This document shows, in pieces, positions 1 through 10,832 of a stretch of DNA of 64,000 bases; positions within the stretch are counted from its first letter, which is position 1, and every line of letters begins with the position of its first letter. The position numbers were made by a program, and so were the translations under genes. The notes beneath the pieces are model-generated. The model was not told the origin of the DNA, did not search any database, and was given only the letters and a program-made list of their open reading frames with translations. The DNA lies in the NCBI GenBank assembly GCA_030390025.1, contig CM059433.1, positions 22,694,001-22,758,000 on the forward strand, in the 5' to 3' direction. The stretch comes from Squalus acanthias (Eukaryota).

Positions 1-249
1 AATTGTACCAGGTCATTGTAGCAGATAATTCAAGCTGCTCCTGAGATGAATTATGGAGGAATGCAGCTACTTGTAAATTTCTGCCATGAAATTGATTGCC
101 TTTTTAAAAATTCTGACCAAGAGTGACATCTGTATTGCGATGTACAGAGGTGACGGACATTCGCTAGGCGCATGACGCTTAGATGAGGAGTATTGAAAGC
201 AAAGTCAAAGTCCCAGACCAGTGAAGAAGTTGAGAAGCAATGCAACAGA

Positions 250-615
250 TTCAGGAAGATTTGGATCTTTCTGGTAACTAAGTTAATAGCTAGCAGATGG
301 GGTTCAATGTGAATAATGTAAAACAATGATTATGGAAGCAATCAACCAAAAGGAGGGAATATATGTTAAATCAAACAGAGGTACTGTATTTTAAATTAGA
401 AACTGGTCCAAGGGTTTTCTAGAGTTCTAGATGTTCCGTGCCTGGCTGCGATAAAAAGTCAAATAAAATACTGAGTTGCATTAACAAAGGGATAGAATAC
501 AAATTACATATGGTTATATTGTTATATAAAGTATTGATAGGATCCCATCTTCAATACTATGTGCAGTTCTGGCCATAAAGGTGGGATACTACTGTCATTG
601 AGTGGGTACAAGCTC
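250..615 (+). mobile_element. Old CR1 LINE RT fragment (degenerate)
   Basis: Degraded match to the CR1 motif GIEYK...LYK.L.R.HL.Y.VQFW (gatagaatacaaa...actatgtgcagttctggcc) seen intact elsewhere in the window. Confidence 0.6.
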
Positions 616-719
616 TACCATTTCAAGGCCCCATGGAATCCCCAATGTGGCCATTCCAACACATTCCTGCTGGGATTACGATGGGACTCTACTAGAAGAT
701 CCACATAATTTGACCTCCC

Positions 720-1400
720 TCACCTTTAGCATCTAAGAGAGAGAAAATTTGGTGCCAGTCTCCTCAACTGTCAGTGATGGGCAGTCACACCACTTCATTG
801 TTCACTTCACGAACTTAGGACCAGTGCAGATTCTCAGCATGTTTGGGGTTCCACAACGGTCACTGTCTATATATCAAGTTGCTGCATTCATTCTCAGCAA
901 CAAGCATCTCTTTTGTCATCGGCAATTCTTTTCCTTCCTTGGTAGCTTCTTCAATGCAACAAGAAATTTGCATGGACAGTGCGTCACCACTTTCACTCCT
1001 TGGCCTACTTTCATATGGTGCGCTCCTTGCTGACAAGCCAGGCCTTTAAACACAATTAACATACGCACTTATATTCGTCTTCTAAGTCAATGGTTCTGCG
1101 GTTGATTTGTTAACAAAGTTCCCACAACATATGGTGTATCGGGCATTAGCACCGTAAGAAAGTTCAGTTCAATTCTGACATGTTTCTGTGCTCACTGGTA
1201 ATGTGATATTTTTGTTTACCAATTGGAACTTAAATTTTTATCCCTGGTACAGTTCAGCACATTTGCTTGGAGATAGAACTCATCTGCAATTTGCTACATC
1301 ATCTAAGAACTCTTTGAGAGGCAGCACATTGCAGGTAGCTCCCCAATCCACTTGAAACGTGACATTTACATTGTCATTGATCTCATTGTAGAAAGAACTG
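720..1400 (-). pseudogene. Ty3/Gypsy LTR retrotransposon pol relic (protease + RT N-terminus)
   Basis: Minus-strand translation, with stops and frameshifts, gives VTFQVDWGATCNVLP (cf. Gypsy FQVDTGA.CNVLP), HMKVGQGVKVVTHCPCKFLVALK and LRICTGPK...LTVEE...FSLLDAKG, in Gypsy pol order. Confidence 0.75.
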
Positions 1401-1789
1401 TCAGGATCATTTTGACTAGTGAGATTAAGGTATACAGGGCTGGGAATTCAAACACAGTCCCATTTTGCCAACTCCCCACGCAAATTATGCTGCGCAGGGC
1501 AAAATAGAAAATATAATGAAATGGAAATGAGTGCTCAAAAGATTTCTTGATCGTCTCGCTGGGAATGCACTTTCTACTCAGCTCACTCACAGCCTTTCAG
1601 GAAGTGAGTATCTTTGGCTGTATTTTTGATTGCTACAATTTAAAATTTGAACATCTGAATTGCTTTTAATTTTCTTCTGCATTTGAGTTTCTTGGAGGAA
1701 GAAGAAGAAGATGAAAGGAATGATGCAAGGCAGGTTTGTTTGTACCAGAAGTTGACTGCCCACAGGTTGACTGCCCTTACACATGGAGA

Positions 1790-2270
1790 CATGTGTGCAG
1801 ACCCAGGCACATCAATCAGGACAAATGCCTTTTCAGGTTGCACTTGAAGGAAGCAGGACTGAGTTGTGCCAAGTGATGCAATCTGCCCCACAGACAGCAT
1901 CGACTACCTGTATTATCATTGCCAATGACAGTTAAGGTAACCACAGCACCACAGTTATATGCCTCCAATTCCTTCGAAGTTACCACAGGGGACGTTTGCA
2001 ACATTGTACAACACTGCACAGATGTATTATGCAGGTCACTGATACATTGCTCCCTAAGGCATACATACTTATCAGTTTCCCCATGGAATACTGGCAGCAG
2101 AATGAGAGAAAGTTGCGATTTTTCTACATCAGGGGAATCCCACAAGTCCAGGCTCCTACTTGATGGTCCCTATGTGACCATGAATTGATAAGTCTCCATC
2201 AGAGAGACCACAGGATCCGAATCACACAGGTGCAGTACAGGATGCCATTGTCGTTAAGCACATTGTTGGA
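1790..2270 (+). pseudogene. PIF/Harbinger transposase (HARBI1-like) relic
   Basis: LPMTVKVTTAPQLYASNSFEVTTGDVCNI, then (frameshift) LHRCIMQVTDTLLPKAYILISFP; resembles Harbinger transposase LP..VKVT.AL.FYA.GSFQ...GD...I....HRCI..VT..L....FI.FP. Confidence 0.7.
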
Positions 2271-3035
2271 GTGGTGTAAAGGGATCTTTAGCCTGCATCT
2301 TATCTTCCATTAAACCCAAGCTACATGTAGCCTTTATATTAACCTGGAGTGCAAAGATGTTTCTATTCCCCATATATCTCAAAAATGAAATAAATGAGAA
2401 TGAAAGTCTGTGTGTTTATTTTAAATTGATAGGAAAAAATTATCCTTAATGCTGACTGATGAAACTTTAATGATGAACATCTACCATTTATCTAAAAGTG
2501 CTAATTGGTATGTGCTGGAAATGGCACAGCTGTGTATGTTCTTTTCTGTACCACAAAAAAAAATGAATATATTAATCCTATTATAAAAATCGAGCCTTGA
2601 AATCTGTTCATTTTGCATTTGGGGGACTTGAAGAGGACCACAATATATCAATAAATAAACTTTATTTTAAAGTACTAAAGTCCAGGAGCAACATAGTGAT
2701 TTTAATTTTGTTTCGCCTGTTGCATTGTAGGCAAAGCCCCGAGGGGTAGATTTTCGTCTTCACTGCCTGGGTGATGATCTAGCGGAGCGAATTGCCTTGC
2801 CATTTATAGAACCCACCTGATTTGCATTCCATTGAAATTTGGTGTTGAAGATGTAAATCTACCCACTAATCTTTGTTAAAGAAAAAGGGTTCTACCTACC
2901 TAATTTAAATATTCAGTGGTTATCTTGGCCTAGGTTTTGTTTTTTGATTCACAGAAAAGCTGTTTATATAATACTTAAGTTCATCCTTTTGTTTAAAAAA
3001 TGGAAACAGCATGAATAACAATGAAATCAGCACAT

Positions 3036-3834
3036 GATAAACTTGTAGAATGGGCATATAATTGGCAAATGAATTTCAACACAGATAAGTGTGAGGTATT
3101 ACATTTTGGTAGGAAGAATAGGGAGGGTGCGAGTCTGGGTGGGGTAGAGGGGCAAAGGGATCTCGGAGTACAAATACACAAATCGCTAAAAGTAGCGACA
3201 CAGGTTAGCAAGGCCATAAAAAAAGCAAACCAAGCACTAGGGTTTATTTCTAGTGGGATAGAATTGAGAAGTAGAGAAATTATGCTAAACGTATATCGAA
3301 CCTTGGTTAGACCACACTTGGAGTACTGCGTACAATTCTGGTCGCCATATTATAAAAAGGATATAGAGGCACTGGAGAGGGGGCCGAGAAGATTTACATG
3401 GATGATACCAGATGATACCAGAAATGCGAGGGTATACCTATCAGGAAAGGATGAACAGGCTGGGTCTTTTTTCTCTTAAAAAGAGAAGGCTGAGGGGTGA
3501 CCTAATAGAGGTGTTTAAAATTATGAAAGATTTTGATAGAGTAAATACAGAGAGAGATCTTCCACTTATGGGGAAGAGCAAAACTAGAGGCCATCAATAT
3601 AAGATAGTCACCAAAAAACCAAATAGGGAATTCAGAAGGAACCTCTTTACCCAGAGAGTGGTGAGAATGTGGAACTCGCTACCAGAGGGAGTGGTTGAGG
3701 CAAATAGTATGGATGCATTTAAGGGGAGGCTAGATAAGCATATGTGGGAGAAGGGAATAGAGGGTTATACTGATAGATTTAGATGAGGAAAGACAGGAGG
3801 AGGCTCGAGTGGCGCATAAACGCCGGCATAGACC
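3036..3834 (+). mobile_element. CR1 LINE, 5'-truncated (RT C-terminus + 3' UTR)
   Basis: ORFs 3021-3479 and 3412-3786: WQMNFNTDKCEVLHFG, RPHLEYCVQFWSP, RRLRGDLIEVFKIM, FTQRVVRMWNSLP; frameshift from a short duplication (gatgatacca). Confidence 0.95.
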
Positions 3835-4527
3835 ATGCAGACACTGAGACAACGTATGAACGGACACCGCGCAACAATCACCAGGCAGGAGTGTTCCCTC
3901 CCAGTCGGGGAACACTTCAGCAGTCAAGGACGTTCAGCCTCGGATCTGCGGGTAAGCGTTCTCCAAGGCGGCCTTAGAAACACACGACAACGCAAAATCA
4001 TCGAGCAGAAACTGATAGCCAAGTTCCGCACTCATGAGGACGGCCTCAACCGGGATCTTGGGTTTATGTCACGATACATGACGTGATCCAGACTCGAGTC
4101 GTCATTGGCTTGTTCACAGATGTGATTCCCAGTAAAAAAGTAAAAAAAAATTAAAGTTTATCGTTTCCCATACCAACTGCGGCTTTTGACACATTGGACC
4201 CCCTGTGGCTCCACCTCATTGTCTCAGTTGTATCTTGCTATGTCTTTGATGTGGTACCTTCCTGGCTGACTTGATTGCCTTTTGTCACACCTCGGCAGAT
4301 AAACAGTCAGGATGATTTAAATGTAGTCGTCTGCCATTGTAAGTTACACATGCATTGTTCTCTATCTATATATGCTTTGTCGATTCTGTATTTTTACTTC
4401 ACCTGAGGAAGGGGCGATAGCTCCGAAAGCTTGTGATTTCAAATAAAACTGTTGGACTATAACCTGGTGTTGTGCGACTTCTCATTTTTGTCCACCCCAG
4501 TCCAACACCGGCATCTCCGCATCATGA
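3829..4527 (+). mobile_element. Penelope-like element 3' fragment (GIY-YIG endonuclease C-terminus + pLTR region)
   Basis: ORF 3835-4086 QTLRQRMNGHR...PVGEHFS...DLRVSVLQGG...RKIIEQKLIAKFRTHEDGLNRD is typical of PLE GIY-YIG C-termini; second copy at 7040-7527. Confidence 0.9.
4399..4436 (+). ncRNA. Minimal type-I hammerhead ribozyme in Penelope pLTR (copy 1)
   Basis: UCAC-CUGAGGA-A-GGGGC(GAUA)GCUCC-GAAA-GC-U-U-GUGA: core CUGANGA/GAAA, stem II, stem I UCAC:GUGA, palindromic AGCU mini stem III. Confidence 0.75.
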
Positions 4528-5608
4528 CCACTATATTTTCTATGATCACTTTCCACACAGCAAGCTTTCTTTGTTTGCTTGTTCTACTTCCTCTAGCCCC
4601 AATAGATAGCATCCAATACCTTTTTAAGACCTGCATCCGTGTGGTTGCTTTCTGTCTGCATTGCACAGCCATTGTGTGAAAGTCCTGCTTTCCTTAGGCT
4701 GTAGCTACATTAAAGATTTCTGCTAAATCTAAATTAATTAAGCAGCTTGTTAGTTGTTTCTGATGTGTGAAAAGAGTTGTTATCATAGCTGAGTCCTGAG
4801 TAAACACTGCTGGGCGCACTGAGTGGATTCACTGTGTTTGCAACCAGTATCAACAAATCTGTGCTGACCATGCATGTACACAATGAATTTTAAAGATGTC
4901 GGCAAATATATACTTTAATAATGAAAGATATGAAAGAGGAAAATATGACCAACTGTTTAGTATGAACTGCAATTTCGGGTAATATTGTGCAATGCTTATT
5001 GTATTCTTAACTTTTCGAAACGATGAGATGTTACAAATGGAAAACAATGGGGCCAAACTTCCTTCGTCATTCTGGTAGATTCCTGCGGAACTGCAGCAGC
5101 ACTCAGGCAGAACAACTGAAAATAGGCTGGGACCGGGGATATGCAGAGTCCCAATGTAATCTGGGGCTTCTCACTGGGCCTGGTAAAGGATGGAGCCTCT
5201 GCCTGCCCTTGATACAGAGGAGGTGGGGATGCCCTAAACTGGAGGTTCCCACTTCTGCCCAAATGGGAACTGGTGTAAGTCTGGAGGCCAGTAATCAGTT
5301 GAGGCATACCTGTCTCTAGAAAGGAGCAAGTGCCCCCCTCCACCAAGGGATCTAGGCCCCCTTGTTAATAGGATGCGAGGGTTTTTCCAAAGGAAGGGTC
5401 CAGGCATATATGCTCCATATAACGGACAGGCATCGGAGTTTCTGGCATCGTGGGTTTGGTGGGTACCCAAGATGCTTTCACTCACCTGCCCCATACAAAT
5501 GAGGTGTCCGCCCATTGATCCCACATACTCTGGCTGAGTGAGCACTGGACGGCTTCAGCAGGCATGATCCCAGCATAATCACTGACGTTGCAGCCCCCAG
5601 ATTTTTTG

Positions 5609-6040
5609 TCATAGAATGATACCGCACAGAAGGAGGCCATTCGGCCCATTGTACCTGTGGCGGCTCTTTGAAAGAGCTATCCCGTTAATCCCACTTCCCT
5701 GCTTTTTCACCATAGCCCTGCAAATGTTCCCCCTTCAAATATTTATCCAATTCCCTTTTGAAAGTTATTATTGAATCTGCTTGCACCACCCTTTCAGGCA
5801 GTGCATTCTAGATCATAACAACTCACTGCGTTAAAAAAAATCTCATCTCACCTCTTGTTCTTTTGCTAATTATTTTATATTTGTGTCCTTTGGTTACTGA
5901 CCCTCCTGCCAGTGGAAACAGTTTCTCCTTATTTACTCTATCAAAACCCTTCATGATTTTGGACACCTCTATTAAATCTCCCCTTAATCTTAACCAGTTC
6001 TAAGGAGAACAACCCCAGCTTCTCTAGTCCCTCCGCGTAG
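5609..6040 (-). mobile_element. CR1 LINE 3' fragment
   Basis: Reverse complement of the CR1 3' end (catagaatgatac...cagaaggaggccattcggccc; ggagaacaaccccagcttctc). Confidence 0.85.
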
Positions 6041-7039
6041 CTAAAAGCTTTGGATCCAGTATGTTGAAATAACTGCAACCCAATCGTGGATAGCATTACT
6101 AAAACCTTAGTGACTAAGTAATAGAGAACAGAATTAAATTGAACCTGGAAAGGTACAGGCTTTTACAACATTCATTTACGGATTATAATAGATGCTATTA
6201 AAATTAATGAAATTCTTGGATTCAATTGGGTATTCATCATGATTTCCCTGCAGCCACTGAAAGATGTATCCCAAAGATTTAATACATATGTTAGGAATTT
6301 TATGAAGGACTGTAAAGAAATTTAGGTTCATTCTATTAAACCTCCAGGAATCAAGCAGGGATGTTTTGCAATATATAATCCCGACTAGTTTTCAAACTAG
6401 ATATGATACAATTCTAAGATACTGTGTAGAAGGTGATGTGGTGGAGATTGAATAATGAGTTACTGCTAAATCAATTGCATTTGATGGTAGATTGATCAGG
6501 ATTTCAATCTACTGCTAAAAACATGTTAAGCTACCAAGCAACAATCACTTTTAAAAACTTCAACAAGCAAGAAATGAAACCTATGACCCATATAAGTAAC
6601 TGAACAGTAACTCTGCAACTGGAGCTGTTTGTAAACTGATGATGTTCTAAAGCATCCAGGAAGTCCAGGTTGTAACTGGTGGTGCAGGAAGTCACAGCCA
6701 GCAGGATCCACACTATAAGCATCCAAACATCAAGAAGGCAACGTGCAAAAATACTGCTCAGCCAACAACCACAAGGAAGCAGTATTGGCACAAGGTAAGA
6801 AAAAAGATTCAGCGGCACAAAGAAGAGCAACAAAGGGAAGAATGCATTGAAGTGAAAGGCCAATAGAGGAACTGGATGGGGGTTCGTACCAATCAAAGAG
6901 TTGGCACTGGAAGAAACTGCAAGTTCCTGACCTGTTCTGTTTAGAAAGTCTGGATAGTGTTGCAGAAACTGAAGTCGGGCATTACCTCTGAATCTGAGAA
7001 GCGTTCGCCCAGTGGATGTTGTCTTCTTCCATGATTACT

Positions 7040-7527
7040 CGGATCTGCGGGTTAGCGTTCTCCAAGGCGGCCTTCGAGACACACGACAACGCAAAATCAT
7101 CGAGCAGAAACTGATAGCCAAGTTCCGCACCCATGAGGACGGCCTCAATAGGGATCTCGGGTTCATGTCACGCTACAGAATGTGACTCGACATCGTTGTC
7201 TGTCTTTCCAGTTTAAAAAAAAACCACAAAAAAAAAACCCCAAAACCCCCCCCAAAAAAGTTAAAAACTCAACTGCAGATGGCAGGATTTGACACGTTGG
7301 ACCCCCTGTGACCCATCTCATTGTCTTAGCTGTACTCTGATGTGTCTTTGATGTAATGCCTCCCTAAAAGATTGTATCTCTGCAGACAAATTGCTTTCTG
7401 TGTTTATATACTGTGTAATACATTCCCTCATTGTACCTTTACCTGACGAAGGGGCAACAGCTCCGAAAGCTCGTAATTTTAAATAAAACTGTTGGACTAT
7501 AACCTGGTGTTGTGCGACTTCTCATTT
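7040..7527 (+). mobile_element. Penelope-like element 3' fragment with 9-bp target-site duplication
   Basis: Homologous to 3940-4487; flanked by ATGATTACT at 7031-7039 and 7528-7536. Confidence 0.9.
7439..7476 (+). ncRNA. Minimal type-I hammerhead ribozyme in Penelope pLTR (copy 2)
   Basis: UUAC-CUGACGA-A-GGGGC(AACA)GCUCC-GAAA-GC-U-C-GUAA: stem I UUAC:GUAA, predicted cleavage after CUC. Confidence 0.8.
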
Positions 7528-7940
7528 ATGATTACTAAATGTAGACAGTACTGGAAATCATTGCTGGTACACTATCGCGGGGTTAACAGTGTTACTTTAG
7601 CTTTTTGCACACTTGTATCCCCCCATTGTGCTGTTTTCTAGAGCAGGCGCATAATTTGAGTTTTAATAGCTGCACAGCAGGCTATTCAATTAAGCTGCAG
7701 AATCATTAACAGCGACAATTAGCTGCGAACTGCAAATAGGCCAGTCATTTAAACAGCTGAAATACTTCTGGGGAGTCCAGGGCAGCTGTCAACAGGGAAA
7801 TATTGCTGTAGAATGGAACATCAGAGAATGGCGATCAGGTGTTGGAAAAAGTCAGAAGTGACACATTTTATGGCGCCGATCACTGGCCACCTCTCCTCCT
7901 TTGCCTCCAAAAGTGCCTGGTGGCAGGAAGGGAAGACAAT

Positions 7941-8773
7941 GGGGGCGATTTTGCCAATGGGGGCGCGTTGGAGGCGGGACTGCTGCTTGTCGGTTCGATG
8001 TCCCGCCTCCATCAATTTGTGGCCAACCCACGCTATTTTCCCTTGATTGACCTTGTTAAGCCCGCCCAGTGGGCTTAGCAGGCCAATTAAGGGAAAGCTG
8101 GTTCCAGAGAACGTCAACGTATGACATTTCATCTGTCAAAAATTTTTGACAGATGAATTGTCATCGTTTGACAGCTCTGTGAAGCTGTCAAACACTGACA
8201 TTCTCTGTAGGTTGATGAGTTCTTGAATTGAAGACCTCATCAAACCTCTTTCTTTAGCAGAAATGAGATGGTTGTTACATTGGAGAATGCAGCGGCCATC
8301 TGTCATCTCTGCCCGTGGAGGTGCGAGACTCTCTGCATACCCAACTCTTGAAGCCTGCAGGAAGAAACAAAGGTAAGTAAACTTTTTCTAACACTTTCCA
8401 TTTACCTCACATACTTACCTCGCCACACTTGCACCCATCATTTACCTTCACAGCGCACTTTTGCACCCCGCAGACCCCCGCAGACCCACTACTCGCCTCG
8501 ATGACCCTGGCGGGGTTTACAGCCTTCGGGAAGCCCGCACGAGTGGGCAAAATGGGGATAATCCTCTTTTCTGCCTGTACTACCTGTTAACAGGCAGTTA
8601 AGTGGCTGTAATCCCCTTCCCGCCTCCAAGGAGACGGGACCCGACGCGGGTCGGCTACCCGCCTCCTGGCAAGATGGCACGGAGGCGGGTTGGGCACCCG
8701 CCCCTAAATTCTGCCATTTTCCCGGCAGTTCTGCCTCCATACCCGCCTCCCCAGGGCTGGCAAGATCGCGCCC
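7941..8773. mobile_element. Non-autonomous TIR element (MITE family M1, copy 1)
   Basis: Termini GGGGGCGATTTTGCCA...TGGCAAGATCGCGCCC; closely similar full-length copy at 27317-28163. Confidence 0.85.
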
Positions 8774-9109
8774 ATAGTGTCCAGGACCTGCAGCAGCTGG
8801 CAAGACATTAAGAAAAAGATGTCACATCTTGAGAAGTCTGCTAAAGTAAGCCAGCATCACTGTTCTAAAAGACAATCGCTGCTCTAAGTACATGTGCCAG
8901 AATGTCCTTTCTGCTACCAGTTAAATCCTTTAATGCTGGTAGATTAAGTTACCTAGCAGTAAGAGAAAATTATCAAGATGGAGTACTGCCATACCAGAAC
9001 CAGACTAAGGAATGCTTTGTCTGAATGAGGATATTTCGGATATATGGTATCGATTCAGTAGGAAGTGCTTATGGCAAGCTATCTGCACAAAAAAGAAAAA
9101 GGAAAGACT

Positions 9110-9256
9110 TGATTTAATATCTCATTCAAAGAGGGCACCTCCGACAGTGCGGCACTCCCTCAGTACTGCACTGGAGTGTCAGCCTAGATTTTTGTGCTCA
9201 TGTCACTGGAGTGGGACTTGAACCCACAACATTCTGACTCAGAGGCCAGAGTGCTG
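9110..9256 (-). mobile_element. tRNA-derived DeuSINE (SacSINE-like) 5' fragment
   Basis: Reverse complement of the 5' part of the SINE at 29563-30010 (gtgggacttgaacccac B-box region). Confidence 0.8.
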
Positions 9257-9378
9257 AAGTGGCGTAATGAGGTCAAGCAGAGGAAGCACCCACTCGCCAT
9301 CCCCCCAGATGTCCAACTGATGGGATCTTCAGCGAGGCAGAAACCCAGTGGATCTGCATTCTGCCCCGAATTACAAGC

Positions 9379-10832
9379 ACCCACCCCCGCTCCGCCATCG
9401 GACCCACCCCCGCCCCGCCATCGGACCCACCCCCGCCCCGCCATCGGACCCACCCCCGCCCCGCCATCGGACCCACCCCCGCCCCGCCATCGGACCCACC
9501 CCCGCCCCGCCATCGAACCCACCCCCACCATCGGACCCACCCCCGCACCGCCATCGGACCCACCCCCGCCCCGCCATCGGACCCACCCCCGCCCCGCCAT
9601 CGGACCCACCCCCGCCCCGCCATCGAACCCACCCCCACCATCGGACCCACCCCCGCCCCGCCATCGAACCCACCCCCACCATCGGACCCACCCTCGCCCC
9701 GCCATCGGACCCAACCCCACCATCGGACCCACCCTCGCCCCGCCATCGGACCCACCCCCACCATCGGACCAACCCTCGCCCCGCCATCGGACCCACCCCC
9801 GCCATCGGACCCACCCTCGCCCCGCCATCGGACCCACCCCCGCCCCGCCATCGGACCCACCCCCGCCCCGCCATCGGACCCACCTCCGCCCCGCCATCGG
9901 ACCCACCCCCGCCCCGCCATCGGACCCACCCCCGCCCCGCCATCGGACCCACCCCCGCCCCGCCATCGGACCCGCCCCCGCCCCGCCATCGGACCCGCCC
10001 CCGCCCCGCCATCGAACCCACCCCCACCATCGGACCCACCCTCGCCCCGCCATCGGACCCACCCCCACCATCGGACCAACCCTCGCCCCGCCATCGGACC
10101 CACCCCCGCCATCGGACCCACCCCCGCCCCGCCATCGGACCCACCCCCGCCCCGCCATCGGATCTACCCCCGCCCCGCCATCGGACCCACCCCCGCCCCG
10201 CCATCGGACCCACCCCTGCCCCGCCATCGGACCCACCCTCGCCCCGCCATCGGACCCACCCCCGCCCCGCCATCGGACCCACCCCCGCCCCGCCATCGGA
10301 TCTACCCCCGCCCCGCCATCGGACCCACCCCCGCCCCGCCATCGGACCCACCCCCGCCATCGGACCCACCCTCGCCCCGCCATCGGACCCACCCCCGCCC
10401 CGCCATCGGACCCACCCCCGCCCCGCCATCGGACCCACCCCCGCCATCGGACACACCCCCGCCATCGGACCCACCCCCGCCCCGCCATCGGACCCACCCC
10501 CGCCATCGGACCCACCCTCGCCCCGCCATTGGACCCACCCCCGCCATTGGACACACCCCCGCCATCGGACCCACCCCCGCCCCGCCATCGGACCCACCCC
10601 CGCCATCGGACCCACCCTCGCCCCGCCATTGGACCCACCCCCGCATCGGACCCACCCTCGCATTGCCATCGGACCCACCCCCGCCCCGCCATCGGCCCCA
10701 CCCCCGCCCCGCCATCGGACCCACCCCCGCCATCGGACCCACCCCCGCCATCGGACCCACCCTCGCATTGCCATCGGACCCACCCCCCGCCCCGCCATCG
10801 GACCCGCCCCCGCCCCGCCATCGGACCCACCC
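9379..10832. repeat. GC-rich VNTR, mixed 23-bp and 18-bp units (CCATCGGACCCACCCCCG[CCCCG])
   Basis: Directly visible tandem array; source of the Pro-rich and Gly-rich spurious ORFs. Confidence 0.97.
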
